A stretch of DNA of 46,706 bases from a bacterium (lineage in GTDB: Bacteria; Patescibacteriota; Minisyncoccia; Phycocordibacterales; UBA9973): contig JAIXRY010000009.1 of the NCBI GenBank assembly GCA_027484965.1, positions 1 through 46,706 on the forward strand. Direction: 5' to 3'. Of this stretch, positions 1 through 9,287 are shown one piece after another. Positions within the stretch are counted from its first letter, which is position 1. Every line of letters starts with the position of its first letter. A model generated the notes under the pieces. That model saw nothing but the letters and a program-made list of their open reading frames with translations. It was not told the origin of the DNA and did not search any database. Both the position numbers and the translations under genes were made by a program.

Positions 1-879
1 CAATCAGGTGTAAAACTCCTTGCAGTTAACACAGCAAGAACAGCAACAACAATAACTTCTGATTTTGCAATCCTCACAAACAATGCTGGTACGATAAGTG
101 AGAAGATGAGAGTTAGGGCAAATGGTAATGTAAGTATTGGAAATACAAACTCTACATACAGACTAGAAGTTGGTAGTTCTGGTGTAACTGGTATAGTATC
201 AAGATTTGTTAATTCTACAGGAACCTGTGACATCAACCCAACAACAACATCACTCTCATGTAGTTCAGATATTAACCTCAAGAAGAACATCACAACTCTA
301 AAAGATAATCAACCTTTCGTACTAAACTCTCAAACTCCAGATACAAGTGTCCTTAAGAATCTAAATAAAATAACACCAGTTATCTACAACTGGACTACAG
401 AACAAGACACAGCTACAAAACAAACAGGTTTCATCGCACAAGACGTAGAACAAATCTTCCCATCTCTTGTATCTACAGACCCTACAACAAACCTCAAGTC
501 TCTTAACTACATAGGTCTCATCCCTTATGCTATAGAGGGGATTAGAGAACTTGATATTAAGGTTAATCAGTTGAGTTCTTTGGATGATACGGTTGAAGGA
601 AGTTTTGGGTATTTGGCAAAAGAGTTATTAAATACTGTTAATACTTACATTAAAGATTTGACTGTTGGAAAACTAAAAGTAGATGGAGATGTTTGTGTAG
701 ATAATGTATGTATTTCAAAGGAACAATTCAAACAAATATTGATAGATCAACAAAACAAAACAGTACAAGTAAATAATGTTGTTCCAGAAAATAATCCTGA
801 AATTATTCCAGAAAATCAAAATAATGAACAAGAACCACTTCCAGACAATCAAGAAACATTTGTACCTCCAGTAGAATAA
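1..879 (+). CDS. C-terminal part of a large tail-fibre-like/surface protein with a peptidase S74 intramolecular chaperone domain (5'-truncated by window edge)
   Basis: Frame is open from base 1 (QSGVKLLAVN...SEKMRVRANGNVSIG). It has the S74 autocleavage motif CSSDINLKKNI and GFIAQDVEQIFPSLV...LNYIGLIPYAIEGIREL. Confidence 0.85.
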   Translation, partial: QSGVKLLAVNTARTATTITSDFAILTNNAGTISEKMRVRANGNVSIGNTNSTYRLEVGSSGVTGIVSRFVNSTGTCDINPTTTSLSCSSDINLKKNITTLKDNQPFVLNSQTPDTSVLKNLNKITPVIYNWTTEQDTATKQTGFIAQDVEQIFPSLVSTDPTTNLKSLNYIGLIPYAIEGIRELDIKVNQLSSLDDTVEGSFGYLAKELLNTVNTYIKDLTVGKLKVDGDVCVDNVCISKEQFKQILIDQQNKTVQVNNVVPENNPEIIPENQNNEQEPLPDNQETFVPPVE

Positions 880-892
880 TAAATTGATTTTA

Positions 893-930
893 AATTAAAA
901 ACTGCTATAGTTATAGCGGTTTTTAATTTT
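893..930 (+). terminator. Intrinsic terminator
   Basis: Inverted repeat aattaaaaactgctata / tatagcggtttttaatt followed by Ts. Confidence 0.65.
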
Positions 931-952
931 TTACAACTAAATAAAATTACAC

Positions 953-1252
953 ATGGAAAGTGCTGTACAAGAATCAGTAGAACTAAGTTCTGAAAATTTT
1001 TCTTTCGAAAATTTGATCAAATATTTTGATCAAAGAAAAATAAAATTTAATCACAATGGAAATGTATTTATTTCCCAGCAGGAAGGATTTAATTCTAAAG
1101 GTAAAAAGTATTATTTAAAATTAACTATTAGAGTTCTAGATAAAACTTTTACAGGAACAGTAGATGGTTGTGGGTCTAGAATGCCACAAGTGTGTGCTAT
1201 TAAAGCTGTAAAAGCCTTTTTCAAAAGACTAGATTCTACCAAGAGTAAGTAA
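953..1252 (+). CDS. Hypothetical protein, 99 aa
   Basis: ATG-started ORF bounded by hairpins on both sides; no recognised motif. Confidence 0.6.
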   Translation: MESAVQESVELSSENFSFENLIKYFDQRKIKFNHNGNVFISQQEGFNSKGKKYYLKLTIRVLDKTFTGTVDGCGSRMPQVCAIKAVKAFFKRLDSTKSK

Positions 1253-1347
1253 CCTTATATTTATATAAGGTTTTTATTTTGGCTGAATATTTTAAAAATG
1301 TTTTAAAAAAAAAAAAAAAAATGATTGATAGGGTAGTATAGATATAT

Positions 1348-1554
1348 AAGCAATGAACGAGCTATCACTCGGGAGCTTTGGGAAGAAACCTTTAAAAGGG
1401 AAGTAGAACCCATAAATGAGAAAGGCTGGAAAATTTTTTCAAAAATTTTCCAGCCTCAAAACTAAGGTGGTACCGCGAATTATTTATATACAAAAAATAA
1501 ATCGCCCTTGGAATAATAATCAGAAATGATTGTTATTCGAGGGCGATTTTGTTT
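1348..1554 (+). promoter_or_regulatory. Ile T-box riboswitch with ultrashort stem I and intrinsic terminator
   Basis: Stem I AAGC-AAUGAA-CGAG-CUAUCA-CUCG-GGA-GCUU has AUC at 1364-1366. Stem II is GGG-AAGAA...AGUAGAA-CCC and stem III lies at 1423-1456. T-box AAGGTGGTACCGCG at 1464-1477 pairs with CGCCCTT. Terminator at 1499-1554, upstream of ileS. Confidence 0.93.
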
Positions 1555-1705
1555 ACTCTAGCTGTAAGTTTTTCCAGGGAGTAAAGAACCATATTTTGAG
1601 ATTTTTTTTCAGTTCACTTTTTTTGCCAGTAAGAGCAAGAACAAATAAACCAATATTTGCATATAGTAAAATTAATCCTCCAAACAGATAAATGAGTTTT
1701 TCCAT
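1553..1705 (-). CDS. Small single-pass membrane protein, 50 aa, antisense within the ileS leader
   Basis: Manual translation MEKLIYLFGGLILLYANIGLFVLALTGKKSELKKNLKIWFFTPWKNLQLE*. ATG start, TM helix then basic tail; the stop abuts the T-box terminator hairpin. Confidence 0.6.
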   Translation of the reverse strand: MEKLIYLFGGLILLYANIGLFVLALTGKKSELKKNLKIWFFTPWKNLQLE

Positions 1706-1759
1706 AAATTATTAAATTTTATTATCAATACTATATATTATTAAAATAACTTGTCAACT

Positions 1760-4700
1760 ATGTCCCAATCAAACGAAAATAAAAATAAATCTGCAAATGC
1801 ACTTCGTGAAGAAGAAGTTTTAAAATTCTGGAAAGAAAATCAGATTTTTGAAAAGTCTGTAGAGAATCCTGCTGATGGTAAGCCTCGCGCTGACTACGTC
1901 TTTTATGATGGACCTCCATTTGGTACAGGACTCCCACACTACGGACACTTGCTCGCAGGTACTATCAAAGATGCTTTTCCACGTTATCACACAATGAGAG
2001 GTGAGTCTGTTCGTCGTACTTGGGGATGGGATTGTCATGGGCTTCCTGTTGAGAATCTTATTGAAAAGAAATTGGGATTAAATACTAAGAAAGATATTGA
2101 AGAATATGGTGTAGATAAATTCAACACTGAAGCATGTAATAGTGTTCTAGAATTCCGTGAAGATTGGGAGAAGATTGTACCTATGACAGGACGCTTTGTA
2201 GATATGGAGCAAGATTACAAGACAATGGACGCCACCTATACTGAGAGTATTTGGTGGATATTTTCTGAACTCGACAAAAAAGGACTAATCTATCAAGGTT
2301 ACAAACCAATGCACCTATGTCCACGCTGTGAGACAACACTTTCAAACTTTGAAGTGACACAAGGGTACAAAGATATTACAGATATTTCTGTGTATGTAAA
2401 AATGCAAATCAAGAATGAAAATACATACTTCTTGGCTTGGACTACGACACCTTGGACTCTTCCAGGGAACGTTGCTCTTGCTGTCGGAAAAGATATTACG
2501 TATGCATATATAAAAATAAAAAATACAGACGCAGGTGATGCTCAATTTATTCTTGCAAAAGATAGAATTGAAAATGTTCTAAAAGGAAAAGAATATGAAA
2601 TAATAAAAGAAGTAAAAGGAGAAGATCTTGTTGGTATATCTTACGATGCGCCTTTTGATTATTACCAAAAAGATGATTCTCTAGAAAATCATGAAAGAGG
2701 CTGGAAGGTGTGTGCAGGAGAATTTGTAACGCTCGACGCTGGTACTGGTATTGTGCATATTGCACCAGCTTTTGGTGAAGACGATATGAAGCTTGGTCAA
2801 TCAGAAAAGCTTCCGTTCGTTCAGCATGTGAAGACAGACGGACACTTTAAAGAAGGGGTGACTCATTTTGCGGGAATGCAAGTGAAGCCAAAAGATAACC
2901 ACCAAGCGACTGATATTGAAATTATAAAATATCTTGCACACAATCATTATCTTTTTGAAAAAGAAAAAATTATTCACTCATATCCACATTGTTGGCGTTG
3001 TGATACTCCACTTCTTAACTATGCTTCAACATCATGGTTTGTTGAAACTACAAAATTGAAAGATAAGCTTATTGCTGCAAATCAAGAAGTGACTTGGATT
3101 CCAGAACATGTGAAGGATGGACGTTTTGGAAATTGGCTTGAGAATGTTCGTGACTGGGCGATATCTCGTAGTCGTTATTGGGGTGCACCGCTACCTGTAT
3201 GGTTTGGTGAAGAATCAAAGAAAAAGTACGTTATAGAAAGTGTTGAAGAACTAAAGAAATATACAAAGAAATCAGGGAATAAATATTTTGTTGTACGACA
3301 TGGGCAAAGTGAAGCAAATGTTGATCATACTATTAGTTCTCAAGATATCAGCATACATCCACTAACAGAACAAGGTAGAGAAGAAGCAAAGAACGCTGCT
3401 CACAAAATTGAAAAACCAGATATAATTATTGCTTCTGATTTTTTGCGTACAAAACAAACAGCTGAAATAATAGCTGAACATTTTGGTATAGATAAAAGTG
3501 AAATCAAGTTTGATCAAAGGCTTCGTGAAATCAATGCTGGAGATTTTAATGGAAAAACTTGGGAAGACTATGATCAATACTTTTCAGATACAGAAGACCA
3601 TCTAACAAAGACTCTTCCAAATGGTGAAAATTCGATGATGGTAAAACAAAGAGTAATGTCTTTATTGTTGGAAGTTGATAGTGAATATAAAGATAAGACA
3701 ATTTGTATTGTAAGTCATGGTTTGCCTTTGTATATGATGTGGTTGGGTAAAGACGGTTTAAACAATCAACAAATAATAGATAAAGATTGGGAAGACCACT
3801 TTGAACAAACAGGTGAGGTTAGAAATTTTGAATTTATTCCATTTTCTCATAATGTAAATTACGAACTCGATCTACACCTTCCATATATCGACAGGGTAGA
3901 GCTTGTAGATAATGGAGAAAAACTCGTTCGTACAAAAGAAGTCTTTGATTGTTGGTTTGAATCAGGAGCTATGCCTTATGCTTCAATCCATTATCCATTT
4001 GAGAATAAAGAATTATTTGAAACACAATTCCCAGCAGACTTTATTGCAGAGGGAATGGATCAGACACGTGGGTGGTTCTACAGCCTACTCATTCTTGGTG
4101 TAGCGCTCTTTGATAAGAGTCCTTATAAGAGAGTTGTAGTAAACGGAATTATCCTTGCAGAAGATGGGCAAAAAATGTCTAAGAAACTCAAAAATTATCC
4201 AGACGTTACTGAAGTATTGGAGAAATATGGAGCAGACGCACTTCGTTACTATATTCTTTCATCACCTGCAGTAAAAGGAGAAGAGCTTCGTTTTTCTGAA
4301 AAAGATTTGGCTCAAATATCAAGTCGTGTTGTAGGTAGACTTCTCAATGTATTTTCTTTCTATGAGCTCTATAAGAAAGACGGTATTAATTTAGAAATAG
4401 AAAGTACTCATGTGCTTGATCAATGGATACTTGCTCGTCTCTATCAACTTCTTTCTGAGATAGAAAACGGAATGGAGATGTATGAATTAGACAAAGCTGT
4501 GCGCCCGATAGATTTGTTTGTAGATGATTTGTCTACATGGTATCTTCGTCGCTCACGTGATCGTCTGAAAGATGGAGATGGTGAAGCAATTGCTACTTTG
4601 TACAGAGTACTTAAAACTCTCTCTCAAATGATTGCGCCGTTTATGCCTTTCACAGCTGAGTATATTTGGTTAAGATTGAAATCTAAAAATTCAGCAGAAT

Positions 4701-5212
4701 CAGTACATCTGTCAGCTTGGCCAATAAAAGGCACTGTTGATGAAAAATTGATTGAAGAAATGGTAAATGTACGCGAAATAGTAACCACAGGTCTAAAAGA
4801 AAGACAAAAGGTAAATATTCCTGTAAGACAACCACTCTCTAAGATAAAAATTAAAACGGAAAATCTAAAGAATGAATATCAAGAAATCATAAAAGATGAG
4901 CTCAATATAAAAGAAATTTGTATTGAAAAAGATATTGAAAATGAGATAGAAATAGATACAGTAATAACTCCCGAACTAAAGAAAGAGGGTATGTATCGTG
5001 AACTTGTCCGCTCTATTCAAGATATGAGAAAAGAAAAAGGTTTGAATCCAAGCGACATAATCAAGCTCTCTATGAGTGAAAATGCAAAAGAAATTGTAGA
5101 ACCATTTTTGGAAGATTTACAAAAAACAGTTGGAGCAGAAAATGTAGCATTCAATGCGACAGAAGGAAAAGAAATTAAAATTGATGAAGAAATATATTTT
5201 GTAAACTTTTAA
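1760..5212 (+). CDS. ileS: Isoleucine--tRNA ligase (type 2) with inserted histidine-phosphatase domain
   Basis: Motifs FYDGPP, HYGH, GWDCHGLP, WTTTPWTLP, DWAISRSRYWG, EGMDQTRGWFY and KMSKK. The insert has RHGQS...SHG. ATG at 1760 preferred over TTG at 1751. Confidence 0.97.
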   Translation: MSQSNENKNKSANALREEEVLKFWKENQIFEKSVENPADGKPRADYVFYDGPPFGTGLPHYGHLLAGTIKDAFPRYHTMRGESVRRTWGWDCHGLPVENLIEKKLGLNTKKDIEEYGVDKFNTEACNSVLEFREDWEKIVPMTGRFVDMEQDYKTMDATYTESIWWIFSELDKKGLIYQGYKPMHLCPRCETTLSNFEVTQGYKDITDISVYVKMQIKNENTYFLAWTTTPWTLPGNVALAVGKDITYAYIKIKNTDAGDAQFILAKDRIENVLKGKEYEIIKEVKGEDLVGISYDAPFDYYQKDDSLENHERGWKVCAGEFVTLDAGTGIVHIAPAFGEDDMKLGQSEKLPFVQHVKTDGHFKEGVTHFAGMQVKPKDNHQATDIEIIKYLAHNHYLFEKEKIIHSYPHCWRCDTPLLNYASTSWFVETTKLKDKLIAANQEVTWIPEHVKDGRFGNWLENVRDWAISRSRYWGAPLPVWFGEESKKKYVIESVEELKKYTKKSGNKYFVVRHGQSEANVDHTISSQDISIHPLTEQGREEAKNAAHKIEKPDIIIASDFLRTKQTAEIIAEHFGIDKSEIKFDQRLREINAGDFNGKTWEDYDQYFSDTEDHLTKTLPNGENSMMVKQRVMSLLLEVDSEYKDKTICIVSHGLPLYMMWLGKDGLNNQQIIDKDWEDHFEQTGEVRNFEFIPFSHNVNYELDLHLPYIDRVELVDNGEKLVRTKEVFDCWFESGAMPYASIHYPFENKELFETQFPADFIAEGMDQTRGWFYSLLILGVALFDKSPYKRVVVNGIILAEDGQKMSKKLKNYPDVTEVLEKYGADALRYYILSSPAVKGEELRFSEKDLAQISSRVVGRLLNVFSFYELYKKDGINLEIESTHVLDQWILARLYQLLSEIENGMEMYELDKAVRPIDLFVDDLSTWYLRRSRDRLKDGDGEAIATLYRVLKTLSQMIAPFMPFTAEYIWLRLKSKNSAESVHLSAWPIKGTVDEKLIEEMVNVREIVTTGLKERQKVNIPVRQPLSKIKIKTENLKNEYQEIIKDELNIKEICIEKDIENEIEIDTVITPELKKEGMYRELVRSIQDMRKEKGLNPSDIIKLSMSENAKEIVEPFLEDLQKTVGAENVAFNATEGKEIKIDEEIYFVNF

Positions 5213-5218
5213 AATAAT

Positions 5219-5244
5219 AAAAATCACCCTTTGGGTGATTTTTT
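5219..5244. terminator. Bidirectional terminator between ileS and convergent ORF
   Basis: aaaaatcaccc-ttt-gggtgattttt. Confidence 0.75.
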
Positions 5245-5616
5245 GTTGTTTGCATAACCTCTCTTCTTTAATTCAAAAGGGAAGCAAAAAACTTCAATTA
5301 ATGTCTTTCTCATTTCATTTTCCAAAAACTCTTTTAGATAATGATTTGTTATTGTTTCAACAATTTCTTTTGCAACACCGTCCATAACCTTCTTTGTACT
5401 TCTTGGTTTTAAATCATGAATTACTTCAACGATAATACTATTATCATACGGTTCTTGTACTTGAATGAATATAATTGATAGTTGTTTTGCCGATCTTAAT
5501 TGCAAAGATCTGTTCTCTAAAAAAATTCTTTTTATACAATCTTTTAGATCTAAATCTCCTCGAATGCCGCAAGCATTATCAAATTTCTTGTGTCTGTAGA
5601 TTTTTATTAATGGCAT
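5224..5616 (-). CDS. Hypothetical protein, possibly tautomerase-superfamily fold (N-terminal Pro)
   Basis: Likely ATG at 5616 gives MPLIKIY...; beta-alpha-beta-like pattern twice. A minus-strand TTGACA-17-TATTGT promoter lies at 5665-5637. Confidence 0.6.
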   Translation of the reverse strand: MPLIKIYRHKKFDNACGIRGDLDLKDCIKRIFLENRSLQLRSAKQLSIIFIQVQEPYDNSIIVEVIHDLKPRSTKKVMDGVAKEIVETITNHYLKEFLENEMRKTLIEVFCFPFELKKRGYANNKKSPKG

Positions 5617-5690
5617 ATTTGTACATATTTGTATGAACAATAGATAATTTTATATGTTTTGTCAAATAATTTATCTGCTATACTAATAAA

Positions 5691-6950
5691 ATGATAGACC
5701 GATTAAAGCATCAAACTATTTTTCTAGAAAACAATATTACAGTTCATTATCTTCCTGATTCTGACGCTGGATATGGTGAAGCACGTATAATTGTACCTTT
5801 TGGACACGCGTATAATACAGGAGATATTCCACAAGGCTCATTTCATTTTCTTGAACATATGGTTCTTAATCGTTCAAAACGTTATCCAGAAAAAGATGCC
5901 TTTGAAAAATTTATAGCTGATAATGGTGGATATATTAATGGTGGTACAGGTCTCAATCTAACTTCTTATGAAATATCTACTCCTACAGATTGTTTTGATG
6001 AAGCATTTAAGGGTCTAGTAAGTCATGTCTTTGAACCTATTTTTACAGAAGAAGATTTAGAAAGTCATAAACAAATAGTTCGTAATGAACGTATCCGCTC
6101 GACTCCATTTTATCCAGGTAAGACAGAGCTTGGTGAATACATTAAAAAATATTGGCTTGATGTTGAGGAAATTTCACTTAACCAAAGGCTTGGAAGTGAT
6201 GAAGATTTGAATAATTTCTCTATACATTTCATTGAAACTTTGCATAAATATTATTTTACAAAACCTATAACTGTTATTGTAGGGGGAATGATTAATATTG
6301 ATGAGGTTTTGAATACTTTAAGAAATATTTCTATGGAAAAGCAAGAAGATGAGCTTCCTACCTCTGTAAAACCTATCTCTATAGTAAATAAAGAATTTCA
6401 TGAAAAAGGTTTTAAAGAAGTTGAAAGATATGAATATAGATTCGCTTATCTTTTAGACGAATATTCTTATGATATTCATTTTGGAGTAAGGTTTTTGAAA
6501 GGGTATTTATTGAATGTTGTTGGTCCAATATATAAATGGCTTCGAGACGAAAAGTCTTGGGTATATGATGTTGGTACTATTTCTTTCTCTTCTCCTAATT
6601 CAAACAAAACAATTTTTGGTATCAAAGCTCCATTATCTGAAAGATATCAAGTTGATATTGTACGCGAAGAATTAGACAAAAGAATTATTGAAGGGTTGAA
6701 GGATAATGAACGAATTGGGAGATATTTTGAAACGCTTATAAAAAAAGAGGTTTTTATTAATGAAACAGTAAGTGACAGAATCGGAACTCTTGAAAATTAT
6801 TATTGGGATTATAAAAAAACTTATACAGGAGAAGATTGGCTAAAGGTTGTAGAAAAATACAGACAAGAAAATGCACTCCTTGATCTATATAATTACACAA
6901 AAGAAAAAGGGGAGTTTACAGAGTTTTTGGCCAAGCCCTTGGATAAATAA
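5691..6950 (+). CDS. M16 (insulinase/pitrilysin family) zinc peptidase
   Basis: Inverted zinc motif HFLEH within GSFHFLEHMV; NGGT; downstream E in VRNER. Confidence 0.88.
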   Translation: MIDRLKHQTIFLENNITVHYLPDSDAGYGEARIIVPFGHAYNTGDIPQGSFHFLEHMVLNRSKRYPEKDAFEKFIADNGGYINGGTGLNLTSYEISTPTDCFDEAFKGLVSHVFEPIFTEEDLESHKQIVRNERIRSTPFYPGKTELGEYIKKYWLDVEEISLNQRLGSDEDLNNFSIHFIETLHKYYFTKPITVIVGGMINIDEVLNTLRNISMEKQEDELPTSVKPISIVNKEFHEKGFKEVERYEYRFAYLLDEYSYDIHFGVRFLKGYLLNVVGPIYKWLRDEKSWVYDVGTISFSSPNSNKTIFGIKAPLSERYQVDIVREELDKRIIEGLKDNERIGRYFETLIKKEVFINETVSDRIGTLENYYWDYKKTYTGEDWLKVVEKYRQENALLDLYNYTKEKGEFTEFLAKPLDK

Positions 6951-6967
6951 TGTGTTACCATGTTTGT

Positions 6968-7369
6968 ATGAATCCTAAAGTAATATATACGGCATATTTT
7001 GTTGTTGACCCAAAAAAGCTTTTGGAAGAATTTCCACCTAAACATAAAAATGTTTTTGCACATCATTCAACAATTGAATTTAGACCAAAAAATGGTTTAG
7101 AAGGAATAAGTGTTGGAGAAAAGAAATATATAGAAATTTTAGGTAGGGTTTTTGATGAAAAAGGAGACGCTCTTTTGGTTGATAATGATAAATCAAAAAA
7201 AGAAAATCCACACATTACTCTTTCGTGTGCAGAAAATATTCCGCCAGTATATTCTGATGAAATGATACAAAAAGCAATTAAATATGGAAAAGTTGAAATA
7301 TTTTCTGAACCAATTTTTGTAGAAATTATTGAGGGTTATTTTGATGGTATTAATGATATTATAAAATAA
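6968..7369 (+). CDS. 2H phosphoesterase-family protein
   Basis: Two HxT motifs (AHHSTIEF, NPHITLS) about 50 aa apart; ATG at 6968. Confidence 0.7.
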   Translation: MNPKVIYTAYFVVDPKKLLEEFPPKHKNVFAHHSTIEFRPKNGLEGISVGEKKYIEILGRVFDEKGDALLVDNDKSKKENPHITLSCAENIPPVYSDEMIQKAIKYGKVEIFSEPIFVEIIEGYFDGINDIIK

Positions 7370-7408
7370 AAAAACACCCCTGTGGTTAAGGGGTGTGTGA
7401 GAATATTG

Positions 7409-8005
7409 CTATTCTACAAATTTTTGTTTTAATTTCAGTAACTGGCTGTTGTCAGCAAAGACCCGATCTCCTGTTGGGGTGAGTTGGTTGTACTTAATGT
7501 CAACCTGTACAGCAACTTTTTTTGCTTCAATTGCACAATCGATAAGTTTGTCATGTTTGGCGGCAATCTTTTCTCTTGATTTTTTTGAAATTTCATCCTT
7601 TAAAATTTGCTCTCCTTTCGTGTATACCGGCTTACGGAATTTGACTGTGATTTTCTTCTGTTCCCATTTTGGGAGTTCTAGAATTCTTTGTTTTTTTAGT
7701 GTGTCAAATACATAATAAGTGCAATAGTCTGAACCATGCCTTTGATTTAAATCTGTGATAATTTCGTAAAATTCTTTTACTTCTTTAAATAAATGACTAG
7801 GTATTCGATCTAATTTTGTTTTACCCATTTTTTCTGCAATGCCATCAACAATAATGGATCCAGCTGGATTTAAAGGAATAAATACACCTTTATGCCATGC
7901 TGCAAAAAATGATACTCCGTTGTACTGGAATAGATATGATTCCAGTATTTTGTTGTCTGTTCTTAGACACCCATTCTCCCTTAGAGGTTTTTTGTTTAAA
8001 CTCAT
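7409..8005 (-). CDS. Hypothetical protein, 198 aa
   Basis: Long ATG ORF with normal composition; no motif recognised. Confidence 0.65.
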   Translation of the reverse strand: MSLNKKPLRENGCLRTDNKILESYLFQYNGVSFFAAWHKGVFIPLNPAGSIIVDGIAEKMGKTKLDRIPSHLFKEVKEFYEIITDLNQRHGSDYCTYYVFDTLKKQRILELPKWEQKKITVKFRKPVYTKGEQILKDEISKKSREKIAAKHDKLIDCAIEAKKVAVQVDIKYNQLTPTGDRVFADNSQLLKLKQKFVE

Positions 8006-8105
8006 TTTATTTTATTTTTAACTGTTCTTATATATTATATACTATTTAATATAAATTGTCAATATTATAAAAGCCCTTATATTTTATGATATAATTTAAT
8101 TCTTA

Positions 8106-8678
8106 ATGTCTTCCGAAATAATAAAAAAAGCAAAAAAGGTATTTTCTGGCGTTGTCTGGGATATTTATCAGTGGGAGCAAGAAATGTTTGATGGAAGTTT
8201 CAAAACATTTGAAATGGCTTATAGACACAATGCTGTGGCAATAATTCCAATTGTTGGAGATAAGATATTGATGCAAAAAGAAAGACATCCTCACTGGACT
8301 GAAGTAAAACTCGCAATACCGGCAGGAGAGTCAGATCATCCAGGTATTCCTCCTATTGATGACGCAAAAAGAGAGCTTCTCGAAGAAACTGGTTATATTT
8401 CAGATAACTGGATCTTATGGAAAGAAACCACAGAAAGTCAAAAATTGCACTGGCCAATACGTGTGTTTATTGCTCGTGATTGTGTTGATACAGGTGAAAC
8501 AAATCCAGACATTGGAGGTGAACAAATAGAAACAATGCTTGTTAGTTTTGATGATTTTTTAAAGCTCGTTGTTTTTGATAAGAGTTTTAGAAATAAAGAA
8601 ATCGTTCCTGACTGTATTCATGCTTTTTACAATAAAGAAAAATACGACGAACTGAAAGAAATATTTTTTGGAAAATAA
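8106..8678 (+). CDS. NUDIX hydrolase (ADP-ribose pyrophosphatase-like)
   Basis: Nudix box PAGESD...AKRELLEETGY. Confidence 0.9.
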   Translation: MSSEIIKKAKKVFSGVVWDIYQWEQEMFDGSFKTFEMAYRHNAVAIIPIVGDKILMQKERHPHWTEVKLAIPAGESDHPGIPPIDDAKRELLEETGYISDNWILWKETTESQKLHWPIRVFIARDCVDTGETNPDIGGEQIETMLVSFDDFLKLVVFDKSFRNKEIVPDCIHAFYNKEKYDELKEIFFGK

Positions 8679-9250
8679 TGCATCATATTCATCATACACA
8701 CGCATTTGTTATTTCTCACAAAGATTTGGGTGAAGCAAATCGTCTTTATACTATCTTTACAAAAGAACTTGGAATGGTGACAGCAACCGCACAAGGTGTA
8801 AGAAAGATGTCTTCTAAACTTCGCTTTACTCTACAGAGCGGCACTTACATAAAAGTTGATTTTGTTAGGGGAAAAGAAATGTGGAGAATCACCAGCGCTT
8901 CTCCTCTCGAATCTTTTGATTCTCGTGATACAGCTCGTAATATTGTTTGGTTAAGAATACTTGGATTACTCGCACGTCTGACACAAGGAGAAGAATCTCA
9001 TCCTCAAGTTTTTTCTCATGTCTTTACCGTTTTTGAAACAATTAAAAATGTTCCAGAAGAAGAGCTAGCAAATTTTGAAATCATCTGTTTTATAAAACTC
9101 CTTTTTTCTTTTGGTTATTGGGAAATTATAGAAGGAGATGAGTCTATTGTTGCCGGCTCTTACAATAAAGAAATGTTTGATTTTATAAGTGGAAGAAGAA
9201 CTGTCCTTGTTTCGCGTATTAATAATTCACTTAGTGCTTCGCAGCTCTAA
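8678..9250 (+). CDS. recO: DNA repair protein RecO (short form)
   Basis: GEANRLYTIFTKELGMVTATAQGVRKMSSKL N-terminal OB-fold signature. Confidence 0.88.
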   Translation: MHHIHHTHAFVISHKDLGEANRLYTIFTKELGMVTATAQGVRKMSSKLRFTLQSGTYIKVDFVRGKEMWRITSASPLESFDSRDTARNIVWLRILGLLARLTQGEESHPQVFSHVFTVFETIKNVPEEELANFEIICFIKLLFSFGYWEIIEGDESIVAGSYNKEMFDFISGRRTVLVSRINNSLSASQL

Positions 9251-9287
9251 CATTTTACTTTTCTGCCGTGCTATAATTTATAGTATT

